64,000 nt of DNA, taken from the IMG/VR virus record IMGVR_UViG_3300020403_000005, positions 1-64,000 of that record. One strand, written 5' to 3'. Shown here piece by piece: positions 16,633-25,769 of this stretch (its first letter is position 1; each line of letters opens with the position of its first letter). Under the pieces are notes generated by a model. That model did not search any database. It was given only the letters and a program-made list of their open reading frames with translations, and was not told the origin of the DNA. This DNA comes from a virus. The translations under genes and the position numbers were made by a program.

Positions 16633-17463
16633 TTAATATCCTTTTTTCTTCTTATTTTTTTTCTTCTTTTTCTTTTTGTAGTACGAAGCGGCGTAATCTT
16701 CCTTTTCGTAACCAGCGTCAACGCCGTCGTGCTCTTTGTACCACTTTCTAAACTCTTCTTCTGTTTTTCCTGGTATATACAAAGTTTCGCCATCTCCGGT
16801 TACAGACTCATGAACTCCATCTAAGCCTATCTTTCGGGCCATTTTCATTGCCTCTTCTTTGGACACGAAAACATAATCCTCCATAGGGCCAGCTTTGTGG
16901 GCGTAGCTACTTTTGAATTTATGGCCTTTATGGGCTTCCATGCACTCTTCTTCTGTGTAGCCCGCTTTTTGACAACGGGTCATATACTCATCATGCGTCT
17001 CGTTGCCGCTAGGCTTAGGCTCCGCCGCTAAAGACTCCTCCTCGTCGCAACAGTCGCAATCGGTCTCAGTCAACTCTAACTCTACAAAGGCTAATGCGGG
17101 GTTAGTGGAAATTAATTCATTAATGTCGAATAAAGTTTCGCCATCCCAATCTTGGTCAAGCTCAGAACCTTTGGTCATTTCTGTAACACTTTTTTTGCTC
17201 CACATTTTACAAGACCAGTATCTTGCCTTCCACTTTGGACCAGGATCGTCGCAGTTATGTCTGGCTCGGAAGTTCTTTCTGCGTTCTGGGTCATCGCGCT
17301 TTATTTCCATGTTCGGGTCGCCAAAGTTAACTTTAACTACATTACCTTTCTCATTTTTAACGTAAACTGAGAACTTCTTGGGACCATTTGGTGTTCTGAA
17401 GGGTTTATTGAGAGTTTTCTTCTCTTTCGCTTCAATTATCTGCTTTGTAAAATCGACTTCCAT
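16633..17463 (-). CDS. Phage protein (DUF6321/DUF5754-like N-terminal domain)
   Basis: KKFSVYV..VVKVNFGDPNMEIKRDDPERRKNFRARH..ARYWSCKMW; Lys-rich C-terminal tail. Confidence 0.6.
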   Translation of the reverse strand: MEVDFTKQIIEAKEKKTLNKPFRTPNGPKKFSVYVKNEKGNVVKVNFGDPNMEIKRDDPERRKNFRARHNCDDPGPKWKARYWSCKMWSKKSVTEMTKGSELDQDWDGETLFDINELISTNPALAFVELELTETDCDCCDEEESLAAEPKPSGNETHDEYMTRCQKAGYTEEECMEAHKGHKFKSSYAHKAGPMEDYVFVSKEEAMKMARKIGLDGVHESVTGDGETLYIPGKTEEEFRKWYKEHDGVDAGYEKEDYAASYYKKKKKKKNKKKKGY

Positions 17464-17484
17464 ATTTATAAATCCTATGTTTTT

Positions 17485-17640
17485 TTACTTACATTTACAA
17501 TCTTTTTTACACCCTATTCGTCGTGTGCAGCCGCAATTTTTTGCACATATTCTAAAAAAACACTTTAAATTGCTTAGGAATTTTTTAATATATTCTCCCC
17601 ACTTTCCGTGGCCCTCCAAATTAGTGCGTTTACCATACAT
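17485..17640 (-). CDS. Small Cys/Lys-rich hypothetical protein
   Basis: Start reassigned to MYGK (17640), 8 nt after GTGTAA; C-terminus CAKNCGCTRRIGCKKDCKCK. Confidence 0.5.
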   Translation of the reverse strand: MYGKRTNLEGHGKWGEYIKKFLSNLKCFFRICAKNCGCTRRIGCKKDCKCK

Positions 17641-17661
17641 GTTATATATTACACATAATAC

Positions 17662-17694
17662 AAAAAAAAGACCCACTGGTTTTTTGCAGTGGGT
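17662..17694 (-). terminator. Intrinsic terminator
   Basis: ACCCACTG/CAGTGGGT stem followed by a T-run on the minus strand. Confidence 0.6.
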
Positions 17695-17721
17695 TTGTTT
17701 AACTTTGGGTATTTTTAGCGA

Positions 17722-17934
17722 CTATTCCGCATCTTCTTCGGAGGCTTCTTGTTCAGTTTTCCCTTCTTTCAAGGTTTCTGAGCTTGTGGTAGCCTTCGTT
17801 TCTTTCGGTTTTGTCGTATCTTCTCCAACTGCTGCTAATTTTGTAATAGCGTAACCAGTGAATACGAAGTTTAATGCTAGTAGGATAATCGCTACTCTTG
17901 CATATGTGGTGCTGATGGTTGTCATTTTTTCCAT
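17722..17934 (-). CDS. Hypothetical membrane protein
   Basis: One transmembrane helix plus an acidic tail. Confidence 0.55.
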   Translation of the reverse strand: MEKMTTISTTYARVAIILLALNFVFTGYAITKLAAVGEDTTKPKETKATTSSETLKEGKTEQEASEEDAE

Positions 17935-17997
17935 AATAATATTTTTTTAAAAAATCGCCTAAAGGCGATGAACAGTTAGGACGTAAGAGTTATAAGT

Positions 17998-18186
17998 TTA
18001 TTTCAGGTATTTGTCACATTCTTTTGCGCTTGCTTGTCGCAAATCAGCAGCTTTTACTAACTCTGGCTGATTGCTGTGGTGAGTAACCCACACGCTAGAA
18101 GTGTTTGCTTTGGAGCGTACTCTCCAAACTTTGTTGCTATCCTTTTCTGTGTAAAGGCTTCCGTTTTTGATGTTTTTAATATTCAT
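17998..18186 (-). CDS. Hypothetical protein
   Basis: Start reassigned to MNIKN (18186), 9 nt after TTGACC-N17-TACTCT. Confidence 0.55.
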   Translation of the reverse strand: MNIKNIKNGSLYTEKDSNKVWRVRSKANTSSVWVTHHSNQPELVKAADLRQASAKECDKYLK

Positions 18187-18220
18187 TCTAGATATAGAGT
18201 AACATATTTTTGAGTCTCGG

Positions 18221-19009
18221 TCAAGATGTTTTTTCGATTTTTTCATAAGCGGATAATAGCTTTCGGTCTCCCATAGGATGAAAAAAGTATTCCTTTAATA
18301 AAGCCACCTCTTCAAGAGGGAACTTGCCCTTTCCGCTGCTTAGTTTTTTATTTTTCACTCCGTAAAACTTTTCGAATCCCGCTCTGATCAAATCAAAAAT
18401 AGAAGTATCGTCCCAAGCTTCGTTCTGAAAAATTAAATCTTCATTGTATTGCTCCTCGAACATATCGAAAAAATTTGCGGCTTGTGAGTGTTTTAAGTTG
18501 AAAGAAATTAAGCCTGTTTCTGAGAAGTCGTAATCATATGTTCCTTGATTATTGGTTGGCGAGTTCTCTCTATTTAAATAAGCGATGAAATAATTATCAT
18601 CACAAATATAATCTAGTATTTTTTCATCTAACGCCTTCTTAATGTAAATGTCAGAGTCTATCCAAACTAAAAAATCACTTTCTGCCAATCTAGAAGCTTG
18701 GCACATTGCGTATACTTTATAGCAGAACTTTAAATAGTTCTTTTTATACGGTCTGACTTTATAGCTGTTCGTTCTTGGGTTGGGCGCGTGTCTGTCTACG
18801 AAGTGTTTGCACTTCGGGGATGCTGTAAATAAATCTATTTTTTTGACTTCACAACTTGTATCGTAATTAAAATCTAATTCAAAATCCTCCGTAAACAAAA
18901 CTAGGCTTGAGTCTGGAGGTAAATTAACATAGCTACAAAAAGTTTTTTGAGCGTACTCCTGAAAGCCCTGTGGGTAAACAGTTGTGCAAAATGTAACTTT
19001 CTTATTCAT
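18221..19009 (-). CDS. Glycosyltransferase (GT-A, nucleotide-diphospho-sugar transferase-like)
   Basis: KFCYKVYA, LVWIDSD (DxD), SETG, WDDTSIFD. Confidence 0.7.
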   Translation of the reverse strand: MNKKVTFCTTVYPQGFQEYAQKTFCSYVNLPPDSSLVLFTEDFELDFNYDTSCEVKKIDLFTASPKCKHFVDRHAPNPRTNSYKVRPYKKNYLKFCYKVYAMCQASRLAESDFLVWIDSDIYIKKALDEKILDYICDDNYFIAYLNRENSPTNNQGTYDYDFSETGLISFNLKHSQAANFFDMFEEQYNEDLIFQNEAWDDTSIFDLIRAGFEKFYGVKNKKLSSGKGKFPLEEVALLKEYFFHPMGDRKLLSAYEKIEKTS

Positions 19010-19016
19010 GTCAAAA

Positions 19017-19052
19017 CAGACCCGCAGCTAGGAGATATAGTCTGCGGGTCTG
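19017..19052 (-). terminator. GC-rich hairpin / probable terminator after hsp20
   Basis: CAGACCCGCAG...CTGCGGGTCTG inverted repeat, TTTT follows on the minus strand. Confidence 0.55.
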
Positions 19053-19064
19053 AATGTGACGCAA

Positions 19065-19403
19065 TTAAGATATTTTTAATTCGACAGGTTCATGTTGGTC
19101 CGATTTTTTAAAATCTATATATAGCATACCGTCTTCATATCTAAGTTCTGTCTTGCTTGGTTCTGCCTTTTTGGGAACATAAACGGAGGTTCTATATTTT
19201 TCTCCATCTTGTTCTGCTGATATCTTCAATAATCTATCCTCTAAGCTTACTTTTATGTTTTCTTTCTTTATTCCTGCCATATTGATTTTATGGGAAAAAT
19301 AATCTACAGAACTGGGAAATTCTCTGAGTTTTCCGTCTGTATAGTTCATACCCCCAAAATCATTGAGGGTATCCAAAATTAAATTACTAAATAATCTACT
19401 CAT
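19065..19403 (-). CDS. Small heat shock protein Hsp20
   Basis: INMAGIKKENIKVSLEDRLLKISAE...LRYEDGMLYIDFKK...VELKI alpha-crystallin pattern. Confidence 0.8.
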   Translation of the reverse strand: MSRLFSNLILDTLNDFGGMNYTDGKLREFPSSVDYFSHKINMAGIKKENIKVSLEDRLLKISAEQDGEKYRTSVYVPKKAEPSKTELRYEDGMLYIDFKKSDQHEPVELKIS

Positions 19404-19415
19404 AGCCTTTACTAG

Positions 19416-19432
19416 AGCATCAGACGTGCCAA
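19416..19432 (-). promoter_or_regulatory. Sigma54 (RpoN)-type -24/-12 promoter of hsp20
   Basis: TTGGCACGTCTGATGCT = GG-N10-GC, 12 nt before the ATG. Confidence 0.65.
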
Positions 19433-19434
19433 CG

Positions 19435-19457
19435 AAAAAACCCCCGAAAATGGGGGT
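19435..19457 (-). terminator. Intrinsic terminator
   Basis: CCCCC/GGGGG stem plus TTTTTT on the minus strand. Confidence 0.55.
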
Positions 19458-19520
19458 TGTAGCTCTAGTGTGAGACTAGTTGACTCTTGTTTGGTTAAAG
19501 CTTTACTGTGACAAACGTTC

Positions 19521-19958
19521 TCACTTTTTGTGAGGGCAGGGAAATGCTGGATTACAAATGTTAAGTGGGCATACTTCGTGTTTGTCTACCGTGAGGTGAT
19601 ATATGGAAGAATAGCATTTCCAGCCGCCAGAGACGTTTTCTAAATCTAAGTAGAATTTTAGCTTAATACTCCAAACTGGGCGATTGTTTATTCTGAGTTT
19701 TCTGTCTACTAGATTCAAGTTGCCAATCATTAATCTTTCTTTGCCATCGACAGACGGTCTAAAGTGCCAAAGTGGGAAGCCGTTTGGGCCTTTTTGAAGC
19801 GGGTGAAAAGGTAGCCCAAATGACTTCATGACTTGGGTTGGGTTCATATCTCCAAAGATTTTGATTCTATGCTGATCGTCTAGCTCGCTTATACTTTCTG
19901 ATCCGCTCGCAGTGAGCAGTAATAGCGGCAATAGTAAAACAGTAATCTTGTTCGTCAT
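19521..19958 (-). CDS. Hypothetical secreted protein
   Basis: Signal peptide; TTGACA-N17-TACCAT promoter (19993-19965) 6 nt before ATG. Confidence 0.6.
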   Translation of the reverse strand: MTNKITVLLLPLLLLTASGSESISELDDQHRIKIFGDMNPTQVMKSFGLPFHPLQKGPNGFPLWHFRPSVDGKERLMIGNLNLVDRKLRINNRPVWSIKLKFYLDLENVSGGWKCYSSIYHLTVDKHEVCPLNICNPAFPCPHKK

Positions 19959-19989
19959 GTAATCATGGTACTACCTTTTTTAAGAAATG

Positions 19990-20145
19990 TCAATACGTTT
20001 TTTTTCTACGAAAAGGCTTCTTTTGCTTTCGGCTGTCTCCCCACTCTATTTCATCATAATTGTCTTGAAACTCTTTTGAAAAGCAGTTCCTCGGTTTGTC
20101 GCCCTTTCCAGCGGCGGCGTTATTTTTTTGTTTTTGTTTTGGCAT
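19990..20145 (-). CDS. Small basic phage protein (51 aa, not in ORF track)
   Basis: MPKQKQKNNAAAGKGDKPRNCFSKEFQDNYDEIEW... Confidence 0.55.
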   Translation of the reverse strand: MPKQKQKNNAAAGKGDKPRNCFSKEFQDNYDEIEWGDSRKQKKPFRRKKTY

Positions 20146-20146
20146 C

Positions 20147-20320
20147 TTATTTTGATCTAATGTCGTATATACTGATTTCGTGAAGCTCCGACTTCTTGTT
20201 TTTAACGATTAATGTATCATCGCCAATAACATCAACAACTCTCCCTTCCCATTGGCTAGATTTAGCGATAACTATCACGTCCTTGCCGATCATTTTTTTA
20301 TTGAAATCTATTTTTTTCAT
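20147..20320 (-). CDS. Small beta-barrel-like hypothetical protein (57 aa, not in ORF track)
   Basis: MKKIDFNKKMIGKDVIVIAKSSQWEGRVVDVIGDDTLIV...; coupled to both neighbours. Confidence 0.55.
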   Translation of the reverse strand: MKKIDFNKKMIGKDVIVIAKSSQWEGRVVDVIGDDTLIVKNKKSELHEISIYDIRSK

Positions 20321-20607
20321 TATAAAACTAAATCATTATTATTTACTTTTAATACTAGGATGTCTACGTCCATATTTTTTTTGAGGATTGTAGCCAACTC
20401 CTTATTATGCTGCAAAGAGAAGGCCATAGCATTGTATAGATTTATTACATTTTGCTCTTTCTTCGCTTTGTTGCACTTGCAGCCCCTCATTTTGGCGGCG
20501 TGTACTTTTACTAGCTCCTTGGCCCAAGAAAAATTATCCCAAGACTCTGCGTTATCTTGAAAGTAGATAATCAACTCCTCCATGTCTTTAAATCGCATTT
20601 GTTTCAT
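20320..20607 (-). CDS. Hypothetical protein
   Basis: 95-aa ORF with GCKC motif, in a tightly packed operon. Confidence 0.55.
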   Translation of the reverse strand: MKQMRFKDMEELIIYFQDNAESWDNFSWAKELVKVHAAKMRGCKCNKAKKEQNVINLYNAMAFSLQHNKELATILKKNMDVDILVLKVNNNDLVL

Positions 20608-20608
20608 A

Positions 20609-20974
20609 TTAAATATCAGAAGACTTAATAGTTGACTTCAGTTTAAAATAAAGAAATAAAGATAAATAAAAGCAAAGGAAAAATATTAAAAAATTTTCAA
20701 ATAAGTAAGCTGCCAAGCCAGAAAGCCAAACGCTAAGGCATATTGGACAGCATATCAATCTAACCAAAAACTTCTCATGATACGCGCTCATTAAGTAGTC
20801 CGTAAACGGTATGCCAGCTTGCTCTTGGATTTTGTAACCCTCCAAAGAAAAACCCAGCAATCTGCAATACTCCACAAAAGCATTGGTTTCGTTCCATATA
20901 ATTAACACGAACACAACCACAACAGAGCTTATCACACTATCGCAAATAAGGCTGTATAGAGACTGTAAATCCAT
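20609..20974 (-). CDS. Hypothetical membrane protein (CPxCxSVW motif)
   Basis: Several hydrophobic helices, LICCPICLSVW. Confidence 0.55.
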   Translation of the reverse strand: MDLQSLYSLICDSVISSVVVVFVLIIWNETNAFVEYCRLLGFSLEGYKIQEQAGIPFTDYLMSAYHEKFLVRLICCPICLSVWLSGLAAYLFENFLIFFLCFYLSLFLYFKLKSTIKSSDI

Positions 20975-20975
20975 A

Positions 20976-21383
20976 TTATAATTTTATTAATTCAATATCA
21001 TAGAAATCAAAAATTTCTAAAGCTTTTTTGTCTCTCTCATAAACTTCCGAATACACAACTCTTTTAATATGGTAGGCTGCTATCATAGTAGCGCAGTAAG
21101 AGCAGGGGAGTAAGGTGACGGCTAGTGTCTTACAGTCTCCAGATTTAAATAGAGATAAACAATTTACTTCTGCGTGAATTATGTAGGGGCGGCGAGCATC
21201 TCTATCTTCCCAGAACGAAAGATCAACATCTTTATTGGAAGCTAGGCCGTTATAGCCTAGCCCTAAAACTTTATTGTCCCACCCCAAAGCGCAAGCCCCC
21301 ACTTTCTTGTAGGGGTCTTCGCTTCTGGTTGCCGCAGTTTGCGCTAAATTTAGGGCGTATTGATCCCAGCTAATTCTAAGCAT
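20976..21383 (-). CDS. dCMP deaminase
   Basis: RSEDP..KVGA, GYNG, HAEVN, PCSYC. Confidence 0.9.
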   Translation of the reverse strand: MLRISWDQYALNLAQTAATRSEDPYKKVGACALGWDNKVLGLGYNGLASNKDVDLSFWEDRDARRPYIIHAEVNCLSLFKSGDCKTLAVTLLPCSYCATMIAAYHIKRVVYSEVYERDKKALEIFDFYDIELIKL

Positions 21384-21651
21384 TTTCTTCTTGCGCTCGT
21401 TTGTAAACCATTTTCGGTCTTCCCGTTCTTGGTTTAATTTTACCGACCGTAACCAACACCCCTTCTGAAATAGCTTTATTTATCTTTGCGTGAACAGAAA
21501 CTCTAGACAGTTTTCTCTCCAGAGAATTGTATACCTCTTCAGCCGTAAATTCAGTATTAGGCCATGAGACATTGACTGTTGGTCTTCCTCTTTTTTTACC
21601 TACAACGGATTTTGTAGGCGTGGTGTTCTGATCGTCTAGGTCATTACTCAT
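21376..21651 (-). CDS. Small DNA-binding protein (winged-helix-like, GRP motifs)
   Basis: KRGRP, FTAEEVY..LSRVSV, TGRPKMVY. Confidence 0.55.
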   Translation of the reverse strand: MSNDLDDQNTTPTKSVVGKKRGRPTVNVSWPNTEFTAEEVYNSLERKLSRVSVHAKINKAISEGVLVTVGKIKPRTGRPKMVYKRAQEENA

Positions 21652-21726
21652 ATGTTCATTATAGTAGTATTTTAAGAAATTTCAAGTTTTTTTTGTATCA
21701 CTACGTGAATTTGCGTATTATGAGGT

Positions 21727-22149
21727 ATGAATATAAGAGATGTTTCTAATGAGTTGTTTCAGTGGTTTTCCGACAATGACTCGTTTTGTATCTCAAAAGA
21801 TTTCAATAAAGTAATTTTAATCACAGAGCATAGACAAAGAGACACCGCCGCCCTCAAGGCTGCTTTAAATAATCTAGAAAAAGTAAACTTAATACAAAAA
21901 CAAGAAATCGAAGGAGAAGAAATTTGGGTTTTAGAAAAACCATTCGAACAATACGAGCAAACAGTGGAGATACCGCCGCAGACCTGTATAGCCATAACTG
22001 AAATAATTAACTCTTTTTGCGATGAAATAGAAGACCAAACAGACCGAGTAAACTCATCCGAAATAACCCCAAAAGACATTAATAATTTAGTTATTTTATG
22101 TAATCATTTCAAATCTTTAACTCTGCCGAGTCAAAATAACGAAGCCTGA
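21727..22149 (+). CDS. Hypothetical protein
   Basis: 140-aa ORF, first gene of the plus-strand block. Confidence 0.6.
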   Translation: MNIRDVSNELFQWFSDNDSFCISKDFNKVILITEHRQRDTAALKAALNNLEKVNLIQKQEIEGEEIWVLEKPFEQYEQTVEIPPQTCIAITEIINSFCDEIEDQTDRVNSSEITPKDINNLVILCNHFKSLTLPSQNNEA

Positions 22150-22185
22150 GTTGACTTTTGTTCAAAAACAGTTTATTGTACAACA

Positions 22186-22553
22186 GATAATAAAAGGCTA
22201 TACCTTTTAAGCTCGCTGAGAAACAACAGTGGAGTTTTCCTTGAGGCAATCGAATGCAGTAGATGGGGTAGCTGGCCGCTACCTAGCCAACGGGTGATAG
22301 GCTGTCCGTGTCCGTGCACGGTCAAAAAACATTCAGTTAATTACTGAAGCATTACCCCAGCGTAAGCAATATGCTAGGTGAATCAATGTAAGTAGAGTTT
22401 TCTGTGGAACGGTTTCTCTCGCCTTTATTTAGGTAGTTGATTTCGGATTTAATCCGATTGCGGTGTGTGTGGAATGTCTCATCCATGTTAAAAACACAGA
22501 GCTACGAAGAAAAGTCACACAGCAGCATCCCCCCCTCTGGGGGGGTGTTGTGT
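22186..22553 (+). ncRNA. Putative ~370-nt structured non-coding RNA of unknown family
   Basis: TTGACT-N17-TATTGT promoter (22151-22179); no ORF; about 8 helices visible; ends in a long C7/G7 hairpin. Confidence 0.6.
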
Positions 22554-22630
22554 TCGTTCTAAAGAAAAAGTATACACAGCTTAAAATTCGTCTGGACTTT
22601 TCTTCAAAAATAACTTAATATAAATTAATC

Positions 22631-23239
22631 ATGATTATCGGACTTTCTGGAGTTGCTGGTGCTGGCAAGGACACTTTTTTTAAGATATTTAAAAAGTTAA
22701 TTGGTGATAAACGTAAGGTCGTAAGATTCGCTTTGGCTGACGCCCTCAAGAAAGAAGTCAGCACTTGGACCAAAAAGCACTACGGAATTTGTGCGTTTGA
22801 TTGTTCTAGAGAGCAAAAAGAAGTTATTCGTCCTTTTTTAGTGTTGCATGGAGTTCAAAAAAGAATGGCTTCCGAAGGAAGACATTGGATCGAGCTTCTC
22901 GATCCAGAATTAAAGGATTATGTTGATTCCGACGATATCGCCATCGTGACCGACATCAGATATGCAGACTTCGAAAAAGATGAGGCTTACTGGATTCAAC
23001 ATGAATTGAATGGTTTTATTGTTCATATTTCTATGTACATCCCGAAGAAGAACTCTAACGAGGGCGTGTTAGAGATGCATTTTGTGAAGCCCTATAATGA
23101 AGAAGAAGCTAGAAACGACCCGAAGTTAAAGGATGCGTCAGATATCAAGGTGGAGTGGCCTAAGATTGAAGATAATCCTGAGTTTGAGCAAAAGATAGAA
23201 AAACACGTACAAAATGTAATAGATTCTTTGGGTTTATAG
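22631..23239 (+). CDS. Deoxynucleoside monophosphate kinase
   Basis: IIGLSGVAGAGKDT, FALADALK, IVTDIRY..E. Confidence 0.85.
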   Translation: MIIGLSGVAGAGKDTFFKIFKKLIGDKRKVVRFALADALKKEVSTWTKKHYGICAFDCSREQKEVIRPFLVLHGVQKRMASEGRHWIELLDPELKDYVDSDDIAIVTDIRYADFEKDEAYWIQHELNGFIVHISMYIPKKNSNEGVLEMHFVKPYNEEEARNDPKLKDASDIKVEWPKIEDNPEFEQKIEKHVQNVIDSLGL

Positions 23240-23302
23240 TAAATATTTAAATTTTAAAATATTCCTTCGTTCGCCCCGTCATATATTTAGGGGTAAATAA
23301 AA

Positions 23303-23893
23303 ATGAACGAAGATGAACGTCTAGCACTAAACGTTGCGAAAAACAACTGCGATAAAAGCCTGAAGGTATTAATAAACAAGCATTCCGCATTATGCTACAA
23401 TATTTGCAATAAGTATTCAGCCACACTAAACTCTCGCGGAGTAAGCTTCGCAGACATCCTAAAAGAAAGAGAATACATAATTTATAAAGCTGCGCTATCT
23501 TTTAAACCAGACAGAAAGGCTAAATTTTCAACTTGGTTGGGTAACTTTGCTAGATACCACTGCCTAAACCTTATAAACGAAAAGAAAAACCATTTTTGCG
23601 TAGAAGATAAAGAATTGCACTACCATATAGATAAAGAGTCCTTATCAGCGGTTGAAACAGAAAACCCAAAAGAGTTAAAAGACTTTGCACTCAACATCTT
23701 AAAGCAGCTAAAAGACAAAAGAATAATAAAAGTATTTGAGCTTAGATACTTCTCAAACGAAGGAAAAGTAACTTGGAGTAAAATATCGAAACAAATGAAT
23801 ATAAGCATACAAACCGCCATAAACCTACATGAAAGAGGAAGACTCATTTTATCAAAAAAAATAAAAAGTAAAAATTCAGAAGATTTAATTTGA
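23303..23893 (+). CDS. Phage sigma70-family sigma factor
   Basis: IYKAALSFKPDRKAKFSTWL (region 2); VFELRY...TWSKISKQMNIS (region 4 HTH). Confidence 0.78.
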   Translation: MNEDERLALNVAKNNCDKSLKVLINKHSALCYNICNKYSATLNSRGVSFADILKEREYIIYKAALSFKPDRKAKFSTWLGNFARYHCLNLINEKKNHFCVEDKELHYHIDKESLSAVETENPKELKDFALNILKQLKDKRIIKVFELRYFSNEGKVTWSKISKQMNISIQTAINLHERGRLILSKKIKSKNSEDLI

Positions 23894-23928
23894 CAAAACA
23901 CCAAAAACAAACTAGACTCTAAGAAGTT

Positions 23929-24201
23929 ATGGAAAACACAAGTAACACCACAGGAAACAAGAACCAAAACCAAGAAATGGGAGCTTTTTGGAAGCGAACA
24001 TCTAAAGGTGGTATGCAATATCTTGCTGGCCATGTGACCAACAAGGATGGAACCACTAGCAAGGTGGTCGTATTTAAAAACGACAAAAAGACAGCAGATA
24101 ATCAACCAGATTATCGAATCTATGAGTCGAAGCCCCTCAACGGGCAACAGGAGCAAAAACAGGCGGTGGCCCAAACCACGTCAGATGAAGACCTCATGTA
24201 A
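23929..24201 (+). CDS. DUF736-like small protein
   Basis: MGAFWKRTSKGGMQYLAG...FKND.K..NQPDYRIY. Confidence 0.6.
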   Translation: MENTSNTTGNKNQNQEMGAFWKRTSKGGMQYLAGHVTNKDGTTSKVVVFKNDKKTADNQPDYRIYESKPLNGQQEQKQAVAQTTSDEDLM

Positions 24202-25293
24202 ATGAGCTTAATCTTCAATGTTCCTATTAACGGCGTCTCCTTTGGGCAAGTATCAACATGCTTGCTCAGGGAGGCGTTCTCTCGTAATCTACAGACGGGC
24301 GGTGTAATACCTCTGGCTGGGCAAGTAGATTTAAGCTCTCAAAAGCCAGACGATTCCTTCCAGAGAAGTTTATCGGAAGCCTTGTCAAAATCCTTAACGA
24401 ATCACGACCCAAACATTCCAAGCTTCAAAGTTTGGCACTTGAACAACGACAGTCTCAGTTCTGTATCTCATAGACAATTTTTACTGTCTTTTCATGAGAC
24501 CGATTCAGTTACTCAACATGAACTTAATGTCGCAAAGCGTAGCGAGAAGTTAATTTTTAGCTCTAAATATACGTGCGATGTATTTAAATCTGCTGGACTG
24601 AAAAACGTAGAGCATATGCCTCTCGCTTTTGATAGTTATAATTTTAAAGCTCTAAAAGCCAAAGCCTTCTCGGATGACAGAATAACATTTACCTTGGGTG
24701 GCAAGTTCGAACACAGAAAACACCACGCTAAAATCCTATCTGCATGGGCGAAGAAGTTCGGTGACAATAAAAACTATTATTTGAATTGCAGTCTTTTTAA
24801 TAAGTTTGTTTCCCCAGAAGATAATAACGCTTTAATAGCTCAAGCCCTCCAAGGGAAGAGATATTTTAATATTAATTTTTTGGGTTTTATGGATGATAAT
24901 TTATCTTATAACGATTTCCTGAACTCTGGGGATATAATCATCGGAATGTCTGGTGGAGAAGGTTGGGGGCTACCTGAATTTCAATCAGTTGCTATGGGTA
25001 AGCACTCGGTGATACTAAATGGACATGGCTACAAAGAGTGGGCAACCTCAGAGAATTCTGTATTAGTAGAACCAAAGGGTACTGTACCCGTTTACGATGG
25101 AATGTTCTTCAAGGAGGGGGCCATATCAAACCAAGGAAATATCTTAAACTGGCAAGAGGATGACTTCGTAAGTGCTTGTGAGTTAGCTATCAAAAGAGTG
25201 CAAGCTAACAAAGTTAATGAAGCTGGCTTAAAATTACAAGAAGACTTTTCGGAAAAGAAGTCATTAGACCGATTACTGGAGATAGTCCAATAG
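24202..25293 (+). CDS. Glycosyltransferase GT4 (GT-B fold)
   Basis: GKFEHRKH, SGGEGWGLPEFQSVAMGK. Confidence 0.78.
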   Translation: MSLIFNVPINGVSFGQVSTCLLREAFSRNLQTGGVIPLAGQVDLSSQKPDDSFQRSLSEALSKSLTNHDPNIPSFKVWHLNNDSLSSVSHRQFLLSFHETDSVTQHELNVAKRSEKLIFSSKYTCDVFKSAGLKNVEHMPLAFDSYNFKALKAKAFSDDRITFTLGGKFEHRKHHAKILSAWAKKFGDNKNYYLNCSLFNKFVSPEDNNALIAQALQGKRYFNINFLGFMDDNLSYNDFLNSGDIIIGMSGGEGWGLPEFQSVAMGKHSVILNGHGYKEWATSENSVLVEPKGTVPVYDGMFFKEGAISNQGNILNWQEDDFVSACELAIKRVQANKVNEAGLKLQEDFSEKKSLDRLLEIVQ

Positions 25294-25294
25294 T

Positions 25295-25654
25295 ATGCCG
25301 TTTTATCTTTACCAGCACCCGAAAACAGAGCAGATAATCGAAGTCATGCAATCCTGCAAGGATAAACATGAATTCATCGACAGCGAAGGAGTTCAGTGGA
25401 ATCGAGTCTGGACAGTACCTAATGCCTCAGTAGACAACTGCAACGACGGAACAGAGGAAGGCTTCATGAGATACACTCAAGACAAAGCGGGAACCATTGG
25501 GGATTTGTGGGACGCAAGCAAGGAATCTAGCGAAAAAAGAAAACAAAGATACGGTGAAGATAAAGTCCAGCAAAAGTTTTTTAAGGATTACTCCCAAAAA
25601 CGCAAGGGTCTCAAGCACGAAAAAGAAAGAGGTAATGGCGACATTACACTCTAA
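25295..25654 (+). CDS. FmdB-like hypothetical protein
   Basis: MPFYLY...IEVMQ...WNRVWTVP N-terminus (Zn-binding Cys absent). Confidence 0.5.
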   Translation: MPFYLYQHPKTEQIIEVMQSCKDKHEFIDSEGVQWNRVWTVPNASVDNCNDGTEEGFMRYTQDKAGTIGDLWDASKESSEKRKQRYGEDKVQQKFFKDYSQKRKGLKHEKERGNGDITL

Positions 25655-25769
25655 CTTTGTTGTTAATAAAAAATATTAACCCTTCGTCGTTTTTTTCTTT
25701 TATTCGCATCAAAATTGATGTAATATATTATCCATAGTCAAAATATCCAACAGGAAAGATTTTTAAAAA

